A stretch of 63,646 nucleotides of DNA, filler included, from Octopus bimaculoides (GCF_001194135.2; 9 parts of 9 records of this genome joined end to end with filler, not necessarily neighbours in it), one strand, 5' to 3'. Shown: positions 1 through 11,422, counted from the first letter of the whole stretch. Notes: generated by a model from the letters alone, not told the origin. Made by a program: numbers and translations.

Positions 1-31
1 GACGTTAAACGATGATGATGATGATGATGAT
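1..31 (+). mobile_element. 3' tail of an RTE-type LINE copy (GACGTTAAAC-(GAT)n)
   Basis: Same terminus as the longer copies at 742-936 and 7046-7743. Confidence 0.7.
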
Positions 32-499
32 GAAGTTAAAAAATTGCAAGTACTTAATATATTACAACCACATCCTAACTTTATATGACAGGTAAGATTG
101 ACTTTGAGAATACACAACAGCATTTGTCACTCTTCTGAAACAAGGCATTTTCCAAGTTGGTATATTTCTTGAAAACTCTCTCAGACAATACACTTCTAAG
201 ACAGTACTTTTCTGCAGTACACTTTTGAGACAATGAACTCTCTGAAGCAGAATATATCTAAGATTGTACACCCATGAGACGTACACTTGCTTTGTTCTAT
301 CAGAATCTAAAGAAGCAATTAAGTGTATTTATTAATGGCCTCCTTCAACTGCAAATCTAAGCAAACAAGGAGAGCTTGTATGTTATCAGACAGTCTGCTA
401 GAAATAGCAGCTAAATTTCCCTCAAATCACTAGGTTTTCACAAGAACAGATTCATTGGATAATGTGCTCCTAAATATACTATGACTGGAAATTAAAAAC

Positions 500-720
500 A
501 GAGGATGGTCATGTCTATCTTCTTTGTGAGACTCAATATTCTGAGAGTAGTCTTCCCCATTTCTTCCCATGTTTTCATTGGTCTTCCTCTTCACTAAATT
601 CTTTCCACTTGGGTAGCTTTGTACTTCTTTACGCATCTGTTATCTTCCACACTTATTGTATGGCCTTCTTGTTCACACATTCACAGCCGATGCCCATTTT
701 TCTTCTCAGAACACTTATGA
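500..720 (-). mobile_element. Decayed RTE LINE, RT C-terminal fragment
   Basis: Minus-strand translation VEDNRCVKKYKATQVERI**RGRPMKTWEEMGKTTLRILSLTK aligns by eye with MEEDSCVKKCHTLTVEGTRGRGRPRKTWAEVVRQDLRTLGLT at 9053-9300. Confidence 0.6.
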
Positions 721-741
721 TCTTTTATTCATCCGTTTTCG

Positions 742-936
742 TGTGGGTGACACGTAAAAGCACCCACTACACTCTCTGAGTGGTTGGCATTAGGAAGGGC
801 ATCCAGCTGTAGAAACTCTGCCAAATTAGATTGGAGCCTGGTGTTGCCATCCGGTTTCACCAGTCCTCAGTCAAATCGTCCAACCCATGCTAGCATGGAA
901 AGCGGACATTAAACGATGATGATGATGATGATGATG
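742..936 (+). mobile_element. 5'-truncated RTE LINE (3' UTR only) with (GAT)n tail
   Basis: Near-identical to the 3' UTR attached to the RTE RT ORF end at 8648-9300; ends CCATGCTAGCATGG-AAAGCGGACATTAAAC-(GAT)n. Confidence 0.85.
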
Positions 937-1420
937 ATTGACATTACGCTGGAAGCTGAGTAAGCAAGCTTCCTTTAGTTTCCACACTTTGCATTTACAC
1001 TCCACAGTCAACATACAGTATCACTAGCCATACAAACATACTGCTATCATCATTTCAATGTCTGCTTACTCATGGATCAGACGGAATTTGTTGAAGAAGA
1101 TTTTCTACAGGAAAGATCAAATGCCCTTCCAGTTACCAATCCTCATCTGATTCCAAGTTATAAAATATTTCCCCATAACGAGACAAGGATTTATGGAAGA
1201 CCAGAAGCAAGCAGCATTGCTTGCACGAAAGTGACTGTCATTTACAACCATCACAGCATGTCTAGACAATGGTATACACAAACAAATACACACACATGCT
1301 CATTTATTATTAATGTAATGTATGAGTTTCTTTTTTATTATTTTAAGTAAAATCATATTAATTATTTATTTATTGTTCTAAATTGAAATACATTTTTATC
1401 TTTTATATCTTCCCTGACAG

Positions 1421-1489
1421 GCTAAACCGTATCCATGGTTACCTGGTGGAGGCATGGCTATTGAAGTCACAATGGCTGGTTCTGATAAG
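1421..1489 (+). CDS. GRAMD4: Internal coding exon of a GRAMD4-like gene (GRAM domain): AKPYPWLPGGGMAIEVTMAGSDK
   Basis: Acceptor ttttatatcttccctgacag and donor AAG|gtaagt, 69 nt, phase 0/0. Peptide matches my recollection of human GRAMD4 KYKVLSVLPGSGMGIAVSTPSTQK and joins in frame to both downstream terminal exons. Confidence 0.87.
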
Positions 1490-1494
1490 GTAAG

Positions 1495-1607
1495 TATTGT
1501 TTCACAAAAGGGATACAAACATACCTATGTACATGTATTGTTTCACAAAAGGGATACAAACATACCTATGTACATACATACCTATGTACATACATACCTA
1601 TGTACAT
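1495..1607. repeat. Short tandem duplication (about 42-bp unit x2, then CATACCTATGTACATA-like units)
   Basis: TATTGTTTCACAAAAGGGATACAAACATACCTATGTACAT seen twice in tandem. Confidence 0.8.
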
Positions 1608-2689
1608 ACGTGTGTGTGTGTAAGTCAGTCGGTCATTGTTCAGTTTCATTTCAAGATTTCTTGCCAATAGAGAAAGTGCCACTTTCTAACCTGGATCCAA
1701 GGTTCCTTCATTAGAATTTCAACATCAACAACAGGGTATGTTTGTATGTATGTATGAATGTATATGTGCAGATTTGTATGTTTGTTTTATGCATGTACTT
1801 GCATATCTAGACATACTCATATATACTTAAATGATAAACATCTAGAAGTTTTAGATTTTTTTTTTATATATGTATGTATGTACGTATGTACAGTAATGCT
1901 CTAATAAGCACTGGTATACTACATTGCTCTTTTTGTCTTGAAGCATATATTTTTTATATATTTTCAGTGAGACGACATTATGTTATTAAAATAATTGTAT
2001 GAAAGTATGATTCATACACTTGTATACACTCGTTCACATACACAAATTATTCACATAAGTTTTTACCGTATCATGAATTGAAAACATCCTGCTTCTCCAA
2101 ATTGCTGAAAATTCAACTGAAGTTGAACCAAAAGATACTCAGAAGAATTAGTAGTTAACATAGTTTGGTTTGATAGACTCAAACGATGGCATAACCTTCA
2201 CATTAGTTTGGGTGTATTGTATGGAAATTCTACCCACTCCTTTCCCTACATGCAGAGTATAGGCATTTCCTTGGTGGTAGTGCATCACTTGTATACTGAT
2301 GAGTTAAATCTTATTCCAGAATCTGTAGAAATTTCAAAAGTGAAGCCTAGAATTAGAAAATATCAAGCTAAACTTAGCAAAGACTGAAGTTTTTGTCAGT
2401 GGGGACAAAAACTAGATTCCACTACGACCATGGAAGTCCTGTACTCAGGACTGGGTAGAATTTCCATACAGCATACTCAATGTAGACTATGTGTGCACAA
2501 AAGATGTTGCCATATCATTAGCAGGTTAGTTGGAAAAGTAGATTTTTTTTCTTTTATGTAATTGATGCAGAAAAACAGTCAATAGGCAGAGAAGCTGAAA
2601 GTATAGGAACCAGAGTCAAAAATAGAATAGGAAAAGATCACGGAGTTATCACTTTGCTAATGACAATGGTTTCTCTTTCAGTGGGGGAA

Positions 2690-3010
2690 AGTAGATTGTA
2701 TGATACTTGTATATGAAGTGTAATACACTGTGGGCCTTCAGTTTGGAGAGTTGACAAAGATAGAAAGAACTGAAGTGAATATATTCTACTGACAATGTAA
2801 TGTGTGCAGGAATAACAAAGCATGAATGAACGGAGAAAAAAAAAACTGGATATATGAGCAATTATATGTTGTGTGTAAGAGAGAAGATATGTGATGCATG
2901 TGGAAGATGTGCTGGTTGATAAATAAGTGCCAAGTGCTCAAAACAGATGAATATTAAGAAGACAGGGTATAAAGTGGTGAAGATTGATCTCAAGAAGTTG
3001 AACATAATAA
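2690..3010 (+). mobile_element. Highly decayed RTE LINE RT C-terminal fragment
   Basis: Patchy similarity, e.g. VVKIDLKKLN versus VVRQDLRTLG; many stops. Confidence 0.4.
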
Positions 3011-3194
3011 AGGGGAAAAAGGGGGGGGAGCTGGAGAATAGCCACCCATTAGTGCAAAATGAACTTCTTTACGATACTTTCATGTCTTCACACCAGGATA
3101 AATGCCTTCAGAATCATTACTGCATTGGTTGGGGGGGAGGGAATGCCTTCAAAATCACTGAAAAAAATACCTAGTGGCATTTCTTCCAACTTTA

Positions 3195-3350
3195 CGTTCA
3201 AAGTTCAAATGCTATCATGGTCGACTTTACTTTTCATCCTTTTGAGGTTAATAAAATAAGTATTAGTTGAATACTGGGGTTGATATAATCCAATTATTTT
3301 CTCTCCCCAAATTACTGGCCTTGTGCCAAGACTTGAAATTAATATTAAAG
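3195..3350 (+). mobile_element. SINE-like family 2 copy (TTTCATCCTT..GG..ATAAAATAAGTA core)
   Basis: Shares core and 3' end (GGCCTTGTGCC..TTGAAA) with copies at 12660, 14155, 22450 and 62660. Confidence 0.6.
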
Positions 3351-4054
3351 AAGGATTTAAGCAGCAGTTCAACCTCGAATGTCTCTCTCGAATCCCATCT
3401 TGCTGTCTGATATAAGCTGAAGCATGCAGTGAATGGTTTGCACTGAACTAAAATAAAATGACACCTGGAATATCTTTAATTATAAGACGATAACAAGAGT
3501 AATGTCCTGAATCATATCAGGATCACAGCTGGAAATGATCATAGCTAAAATGACGGTCACAGAATGCTTTTGGTCATGAGATGACCACAACTGGAATAGC
3601 TTTAGTTATAAGATGATCTCAGGGGAAAAGCTTTTGATCAGGCATGCGCAGCCTTCCTTGAGAAGTGAGCTGCATGAGGCATGGCTTGTCATTATCATGC
3701 AGGTCATCCTGCTGAAAAAAGAATTCAAGGTGATTTTTTTGTTAAGACAAGCCATTCAGAAAGGCTCTCAGTTTGCTTGTGTCTAGCTTTGATCAGTCAA
3801 TCTGTTCAATCAAAACTAAACTGAGCTTAAACTATAACACTGCTCTGGGATCCTGTATGGAACTAATTATGTCTTTCATTCTCATACTATCAATATTTAT
3901 TATAATTTCATATCATCAGTTCATCTCGAAAAAAAGAAAAAAACTCTTTACAGCCTCAGTACCAAATTGTGACATTTCAAGAACCATTTTAATTTTGTTT
4001 GATTTTATTTTTTTTTTTTTTGTTCCGTTCTCGTTGGATATTTTTATGTTGCAG

Positions 4055-4165
4055 ACGTATGTATTTGGTCCCATGATCTATCGAGATGAACTTTTCGAAA
4101 GTATCCTCTTTGCTGGCAAAAAAGGAACACTTCCATGGGCAGATGAATGCAATTTACCAAATTGA
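4055..4165 (+). CDS. GRAMD4: GRAMD4-like alternative terminal exon A: TYVFGPMIYRDELFESILFAGKKGTLPWADECNLPN*
   Basis: Long T tract plus ttgcag acceptor, phase 0. Peptide matches recalled GRAMD4 PLVFGAMVHRDEAFETIL. Stop at 4163-4165; AATAAA near 4604. Confidence 0.85.
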   Translation, partial: TYVFGPMIYRDELFESILFAGKKGTLPWADECNLPN

Positions 4166-5299
4166 AAAAAAACCTTGTCAGTTTCTATTTTTCCTGTATC
4201 TTTATGGTAGGATTACTTTCAGAATTTTCCAACTGAGTTCTCAGCATGGATTTCTAACTTCAAGAGTTAACGTTCTCTAACTGCAAGATGTTTGTTTTTG
4301 TTTCCCTTTTATAATTTAATTAAATTCCTGTTGTTTAATAACAGCATATGATTTTGATTTTAATGAACTAACTCATTTATTAAAAGACAAGATGCAATCT
4401 TGAGCAAATACTTAGCTTTTCAGCTAAGATCATAGTCTTATTCAGACTGTCTAATCCCTTGAGCATTCAAATCAGCCAACAATAGTTAAAGATGTTGAAA
4501 TTAGCCACTTTGGTTGTATTGATATTTCAGCTCATATTATTATTATAAAGTGTCCTAAATGAGAATAGGGTTAGGGTAGCAAAAAGAGAACAAAAACATC
4601 TACAATAAATAACAAAGAAAACCAAACTTAGCTTAATTTCCAAACTTGATGATATTTATCTAAATACATTGCAATATCTAATTGTGGAACCTATGACAAA
4701 ACGTACCATTTACACTCTATAAAGTGGATGGCAATAAGAAAGACATCCTCTCGTAGAAACTGTGCCAAAAATGTAACATACAAATGGTACCCAATTTGTT
4801 TCTGTGAGCAATAATGCCAATCTAGAATTGATATGAACTGTAATGACCCATCCAATCCATGCCAGGATGGAAAAGCAGGTGTACAGTTATGATGACAATA
4901 TTGGTGGTGGTGGTAGGCAAGCAGCAGCAACAACAACAACAGTGATGTTGGCAGAGACAACAATGACGGTGGTGGTAGTAGTGGCAGTGGTGATTTAAAC
5001 TGTTAATCACAGGAAAACTAATCGATTAAAGAAAGTTAAATGCAAATTTAGACACTTTATATTTTATGATTCTATAAATATACATAATGTTAAATTTAAA
5101 TTCAAAGAAATAAAAACCATCAATCTGGAATTTAAAATATATTCCAGACTTTTCTCATATTTTCAGGTAAAGGTCTTGGTAACCAAGCATTTTATGGAAA
5201 AATACTAATATTATAAGCAATGTATTTCATTAGCTCACTGTTTCTTTCAAACACAACAACCATGATTAGGTATGAAGCAAACATAAATGAATCTATATG

Positions 5300-5460
5300 G
5301 TTGGCATGGCTGTGGGGTTAAGAAGTTTACTTCCCAACCCCATGGTTTCAGGTTCTGTCCCACTGTGATGCCTTGGGCAAGAACCTTCTACTCACCAAAG
5401 CCTTATGAGTGAAATTGGTTGATAGAAACTGTATGGATGTCTGTCATATGTATATATATA
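5300..5460 (+). mobile_element. tRNA-derived SINE family 1, 5' half, diverged
   Basis: GGCTGTGGGGTTAAGAAGTTT...GGTTCTGTCCCACTG...CCTTGGGCAAG...AAAGCCTTATGAGTG matches the 54772-55170 copy. Confidence 0.65.
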
Positions 5461-5629
5461 TATCAGTCGCGACCCTGGCACTCAGACTGTTTGGGCTTAG
5501 CCTGAGTATAAATTTAGTAAAGTGAACGTGTATTTGCAATCTAATTTAATTTCTGCTAACATTGACTTCAAGTATGTAATTGCAATCAATAACTGAGGCT
5601 CCTTTTATTAAGCCTGGTCGCAGTTCATT

Positions 5630-5697
5630 TATTTTCATTCAGCATCTGGTGGCTATCTTAGGTCTCTAAGATGGCCACCAGATGCTGAACGAAAATA
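5630..5697. other. 32-bp-arm hairpin with 4-nt loop
   Basis: TATTTTCATTCAGCATCTGGTGGCTATCTTAG-gtct-CTAAGATGGCCACCAGATGCTGAACGAAAATA; one G-U and one A-C pair. Confidence 0.9.
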
Positions 5698-5770
5698 CTT
5701 CTGTTACACATATGCTGTAAAGTTTGAATGGTTTAAAGGATCCTGCATAACTGGACTTTTCTTAGACTGT

Positions 5771-5810
5771 TCTTCTGAAGATGAGACTTTGAATCCAAAA
5801 TATATTAAGG
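5771..5810 (+). ncRNA. Relic minimal type-I hammerhead ribozyme (G12 mutated to C)
   Basis: TCTT-CTGAAGA-T-GA..TC-cAA-AATATATT(palindrome)-A-AGG. Confidence 0.4.
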
Positions 5811-6809
5811 TTTTATTAAACTTACCGCATTGTCAGTAGCTGTCTATTTTCTCTCTTTTCACATTCTTTGATATCACAATGCTTCAAGTGAACTACAATG
5901 CTCCTATATAATATATATATGATCCCTATATGTTTATATATATATATATATAAGGGGGAGGGGGGGTTGCATGTGTGTGTGTGAGTGTGTACCATCATCA
6001 TTTTAACTTTACTTTCCTGTGCTTGCATGAGTTGGACAGAGTTTATTGAGGCACTTAAATGTGTGTGTGTATGTCCTCAGATATATAAAAAGTGAAATAC
6101 AACAAAACTGTCCAATTATATCTGTTATTTGAAAGAACATGCTATTACATTCAGCATGAAGTGGATATTTTTTTAAGAGATGCAGTCCATACAAAAATGA
6201 TACAAAAAGATGTGTGAATTATACGTGGCTGCAAAACAAGCCTCATTCTCAAAAATCTTAATAAATCTATGGACAAACTAAACATAAGGAATGGGATCTT
6301 CATCAAATGTCACTACATAGAGAAGCCCCTACTAAACACTAAAACCTTGTATGATTACCTAACTGAATGGATCAATACTTAACTGTTTATCAGGAGTTAT
6401 TAGACTTTTTTTTTTTCACTTCTCCTTTCAGTTTAAACCAATGAGGTACTCAAGATCATTATAATTCTCTTGCATTTCTATCATCTGTTCTTGTCACTAC
6501 CTATACTTGTTTGCGATACATTTATTTATAATCCCAACTCATTTCTTTTACTTATTCACTTGTATATTGCAGTTTATTTATGACTAATTTTATATAATTT
6601 TCAGCTCTGTACATAATAAGCCATCATTCATTTCCCTTGTATTTCTTAAACCCATAATTCAATACAGGTAAATCTGACCAAAACAATATCTTCCTTCTGT
6701 TGTTGATGTTTAAGTGAGAGATCCTGATGATTATTCAGAAGGCCTGGATGTAAGATGTACTAATGAAGTACATCATTTGATGTATTTAATTCTTGTATAT
6801 GCACCGAGT

Positions 6810-6937
6810 AGTACTGGCTCCTGTGTAGGTGGCATGTAAAATACACCATTTTGAGCGTGGCTGTTGCCAGTACCGCCTGACTGGCCTTTGTGCCGGTGGC
6901 ACATAAAAGCACCCACTACACTCTCAGAGTGGTTGGT
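6810..6937 (+). mobile_element. Internal piece of the RTE 3' UTR
   Basis: Same orientation and sequence as 7465-7600. Confidence 0.8.
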
Positions 6938-7045
6938 GTACACATATACATATGCATATATACACATATATATAGATAGATAGATAGATATACATATATA
7001 CACATATATATATATACATATATACATATATCATCATCATCGTCT

Positions 7046-7743
7046 GCCAAATGCTGTGTGTGAGAGGACCCTGCAAGCCAAGTGAGACCTAAATCTGAGG
7101 CCTCAGCCAGTCCACTTATGAGTACCTTCCTTCATTGGACACTAAACTCCACTTGCAAAGACCTGTTGAGGCAAGTGAGATCGAAATCGAGTTAAATTCG
7201 ACGACTGGCACCCATGCCAACGTCGTCTCAAGTGAAATCGAAATCGAGTTAAATTGGACACTAACCTCCACTTGCGAAGACCTGTTGAGGCAAGTGAAAT
7301 CGAAATCGAGTTAAATTCGACGACTGGCACCCATGCCAACGTCGTCTCTTTCATTGAACACGAAACTCAGCTTGCGAAGACTTGTTGGGGCAAGCGAAGG
7401 CAAAATCGTGATGGCACTTGTGCCCGCGGCATGTGTGAGGACTTTCGAGAGAGATCGTTGCCAGTGCCCCTGGACTGGCTCTTGTGCGGGTGGCACATAA
7501 AATACACCATTTTGAGCGTGGCCGTTGCCAGTACAGCATGACTGGCCTTCGGGCTGGTGGCAAGTAAAAAACACCCACTACACTCTCTGAGTGGTTGGCG
7601 TTAGGAAGGGCATCCAGCTGTAGAAACTCTGCCAAATCAGATTGGAACCTGGTGTAGCCATCTGGTTTCACCAGTCCTCAGTCAAATTGTCCAACCCATG
7701 CTAGCATGGAAAGCGAACGTTAAACGATGATGATGATGATGGT
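7046..7743 (+). mobile_element. RTE LINE 3' end: last RT codons plus a long 3' UTR with tandem units and (GAT)n tail
   Basis: Starts with NAVCERTLQAK* (versus WAVREKTRQAK* at 9053); the UTR has an extra tandem block at 7131-7400. Confidence 0.85.
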
Positions 7744-7804
7744 GATATGCATATATATATATATACATACATATATACATATACATACATGTATATATAC
7801 ATCA

Positions 7805-8012
7805 GTACCGCCTGACTGGCCTTTGTGCGGGTGACACGTAAAAGCACCCACTACACTCTCTGAGTGGTTGGCGTTAGAAAGGGCATCCAGCTGTAGAAAC
7901 ACTGCCAAATCAGATTGGAGCCTGGTGTAGCCATCTGGTTTCACCAGTCCTCAGTCAAATCGTCCAACCCATGCTAGCATGGAAAGCGGACGTTAAACGA
8001 CGACGACGACGA
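7805..8012 (+). mobile_element. 5'-truncated RTE 3' UTR copy with (GAC)n tail
   Basis: Near-identical to 7520-7743. Confidence 0.85.
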
Positions 8013-8487
8013 AATATGTATACATATCTATATATATATATGCACATATATTATGTATATACACATAGATTTATATATACTTATATATATATACATATAT
8101 ATATACATATATATATATACATATATATATATACACACATACATATATCTACACATATATATATATATATATACATATATNNNNNNNNNNTTATATATAC
8201 TTATATATATATACATATATATATACATATATATATATACATATATATATATACACACATACATATATCTACACATATATATATATATATCTACACATAT
8301 ATACATTCATATATATATACACACACATATATATATATGTGTGTGTATATATATATAGTTTTAGGGAAAATAACCAAGTTTCAAGAANNNNNNNNNNNNN
8401 NNNNNNNNNNNNNNNNNNNNNNNNNNNNNNNNNNNNNNNNNNNNNNNNNNNNNNNNNNNNNNNNNNNNNNNNNNNNNNNNNNNNNNN

Positions 8488-8550
8488 AAAGTTTGGCACC
8501 AGTCCTTCCATATGTATATTATTACATATCTCTCCCGTCTGCGGGAGAGA
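8488..8550 (-). mobile_element. CR1/Jockey-like LINE RT C-terminal scrap
   Basis: RRRERYVIIYIWK-GLVPNF (with a frameshift) is a typical CR1-type RT tail motif; truncated by an N gap. Confidence 0.5.
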
Positions 8551-8647
8551 TATGTAATATATATATATATACACAAACATATATACATATATCTATATAC
8601 ATGTAAGTATATACATATATACATACATATACGTGTATATATATATA

Positions 8648-9300
8648 TCATCATCATCATCATCATCGTTTAACGTCCGCTTTCCATGCTAGCATGGGTT
8701 GGACGATTTGACTGAGGACTGGTGAAACCGGATGGCAACACCAGGCTCCAGTCTGATTTGGCAGAGTTTCTACAGCTGGATGCCCTTCCTAACGCCAACC
8801 ACTCAGAGAGTGTAGTGGGTGCTTTTACGTGTCACCTGCACGAAAACGGCCACGCTCGAAATGGTGTCTTTTATGTGCCACCCGCACAAGCCAGTCCANN
8901 NNNNNNNNNNNNNNNNNNNNNNNNNNNNNNNNNNNNNNNNNNNNNNNNNNNNNNNNNNNNNNNNNNNNNNNNNNNNNNNNNNNNNNNNNNNNNNNNNNNN
9001 NNNNNNNNNNNNNNNNNNNNNNNNNNCCAGTCCAGGGGCACTGGCAACGATCTTACTTGGCTTGCCGGGTCTTCTCACGCACAGCCCATTTCCAAAGGTC
9101 TCGGTCCGTAGTCATCGCCTCGGTGAGGCCCAATGTACGAAGGTCTTGCCTCACCACCTCAGCCCAGGTCTTCCTGGGCCTACCTCTTCCACGGGTTCCC
9201 TCAACTGTTAGGGTGTGGCACTTTTTCACGCAGCTATCCTCCTCCATTCTCACCACATGTCCATACCAGCGCAATCGTCTCTCTTGCACGCCACAACTGA
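8648..9300 (-). mobile_element. RTE LINE 3' end: RT C-terminus, 3' UTR and (GAT)n tail
   Basis: ISCGVQERRLRWYGHVVRMEEDSCVKKCHTLTVEGTRGRGRPRKTWAEVVRQDLRTLGLTEAMTTDRDLWKWAVREKTRQAK*; WYGHV and GRPRKTW are RTE hallmarks. Confidence 0.9.
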
Positions 9301-9399
9301 TGCTTATATATATACACACACACACAAACATATATGTATATATATATACATAAATATATATATATATATATATATACATACACATAGATACACACATAA

Positions 9400-10440
9400 A
9401 ATCAAGAAATTTTCCATGCTGCAGCCCCCTATTACAATGAGGCTATGGTGTCTAGTGGTGTAAAGGACCCCGTTTCCTATATACCAGGCCCTAGCACACA
9501 CGGATGGAGGCGCCATTTGGTTTGCTCCATCCTCCATCAACGACGAGGCTTGTGTGGGAAGAATATTTCTCATGTTAGTAGACAAACGCTTCATGCAGAC
9601 ACACAGGTAAGGGGGTTTGTTCAACAGACAAAACCTAAGGGTCTCCTTTAGTTACACACCCAACACGAAAAGAATATTGGCAAACAGCTACAAAAGCCAA
9701 GCAGAAGCTTGGTGCTCATGGAGGGAGTACAATGACTGCCCAGTGGGGTGAGGTGGCAATGCAAGGCTGAGTGAGTTGTCTGAGTCTGTGGTGGTACCGA
9801 GACCAAGCAACCAGAGTAATAGCTGCAGCAGCTCATGCCACCACATTGACAGCAGCAGCGCAACTAGAAGCACCAGCACCGATGGCAACAACTGCAGCAC
9901 CAACAGAGATGGTGACCATTCCAACACCAAAAGCAAAAAATACCATTTCCACAACCAGTATTAGCAGAGATGGCAGCCACAACACCAGGACTACAGCCAG
10001 GGATGACTTCTACAATGACATCATCTACAGCAATATCACCAGACCCCTAATAACACCACCAATGACAGCTCCAGTAACAGCAACAACTCCAAGCCTGGCG
10101 CCAACAGAAGACACACCTAAAGATGTGAACACAACCAGCACTCAAGTCTGGAGATATATATCAGGTCGGCAAGGACTGCCCTTAAGCAGGACCTATACAA
10201 CCCCAGGTCCTCTTTCAGGATTGTGGAAAGACGGGATGTGACATCCCATCCCTGGCCAGTCATGTATGATGCCTTAAGGATGAGAGAACCACATACGAAA
10301 TTAAATGGAGGATCACAGAGCAGCCGGAGTCTTACATAAACAGGAGGGGACAATGCAAGCTTTGCATAGCAGGACAAATAAGGATCTTTATAAACTCCCT
10401 GCACCCAGTTTTCTCTTAAATTTTAGACATGGATCTATAG
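9400..10440 (+). mobile_element. Penelope-like element: post-RT region, Thr/Ala/Pro-rich linker and GIY-YIG endonuclease, decayed
   Basis: QEIFHAAAPYYNEAMVSSG, AIWFAPS..VGRIFLMLVDKRF..LFNRQNLRVSFSYTPN, EIYIRSARTALKQDLYNPRSSFR and LASHV*CLKDERTTYEIKWRITEQPESYINRRGQCKLC across frameshifts. Confidence 0.8.
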
Positions 10441-11422
10441 CTCCTGCCCCCATTTCATGCAAGCATGAGATTCCCTATTCATTGATTAGAGCCAGAAGAC
10501 CTCCTCACAGACTGGAAACAGCCTAAGGGCAAAGATACCCAGTTTGTCAACTGAACCGGTCTAAGGGAAATAACTAATCTTGTCTAAGCCTCAAAAGGTA
10601 TTTTATCCTTTCTTTACAAGTTAACTGGCCATACAAGATTTCTACCTCCACTTTGAAGAGGCGTTATATTTCCTCTGCCATTAGAGTTTGACAAATCATA
10701 CATAAAGCTTTATGAATGCAAAACCATTCTCACTCTATAACCAGACATATATTTAACTGTATGTAAATATATATATATATATATANNNNNNNNNNNNNNN
10801 NNNNNNNNNNNNNNNNNNNNNNNNNNNNNNNNNNNNNNNNNNNNNNNNNNNNNNNNNNNNNNNNNNNNNNNNNNNNNNNNNNNNNNNNNNNNNNNNNNNN
10901 NNNNNNNNNNNNNNNNNNNNNNNNNNNNNNNNNNNNNNNNNNNNNNNNNNNNNNNNNNNNNNNNNNNNNNNNNNNNNNNNNNNNNNNNNNNNNNNNNNNN
11001 NNNNNNNNNNNNNNNNNNNNNNNNNNNNNNNNNNNNNNNNNNNNNNNNNNNNNNNNNNNNNNNNNNNNNNNNNNNNNNNNNNNNNNNNNNNNNNNNNNNN
11101 NNNNNNNNNNNNNNNNNNNNNNNNNNNNNNNNNNNNNNNNNNNNNNNNNNNNNNNNNNNNNNNNNNNNNNNNNNNNNNNNNNNNNNNNNNNNNNNNNNNN
11201 NNNNNNNNNNNNNNNNNNNNNNNNNNNNNNNNNNNNNNNNNNNNNNNNNNNNNNNNNNNNNNNNNNNNNNNNNNNNNNNNNNNNNNNNNNNNNNNNNNNN
11301 NNNNNNNNNNNNNNNNNNNNNNNNNNNNNNNNNNNNNNNNNNNNNNNNNNNNNNNNNNNNNNNNNNNNNNNNNNNNNNNNNNNNNNNNNNNNNNNNNNNN
11401 NNNNNNNNNNNNNNNNNNNNNN

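Noticed and set aside
855-885. CTGAGGA-CTGGT-GAAAC on the antisense strand of every RTE 3' UTR copy looks like a hammerhead core
   Set aside because: No stem II pair, no U16.1/NUH after GAAAC (CCGGATG) and no stem I
1968-1994. TGA as possible selenocysteine followed by DDIMLLK
   Set aside because: No homology and no SECIS recognisable; the GRAM continuation is supplied by exons A and B
5167-5215. Acceptor-like tttcag followed by VKVLVTKHFMEKY*
   Set aside because: No similarity to the GRAM-completing exons; likely a cryptic site
7131-7400. Repeat-spacer-like pattern suggesting a CRISPR array
   Set aside because: Eukaryotic context, units are long tandem duplicates without unique spacers, and they lie inside an RTE 3' UTR
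7971-8666. YI/HT/CV-rich ORFs here and throughout the track, including those spanning N runs
   Set aside because: Dinucleotide microsatellite and gap artefacts; the duplication around the 10-N gap at 8181 looks like an assembly overlap
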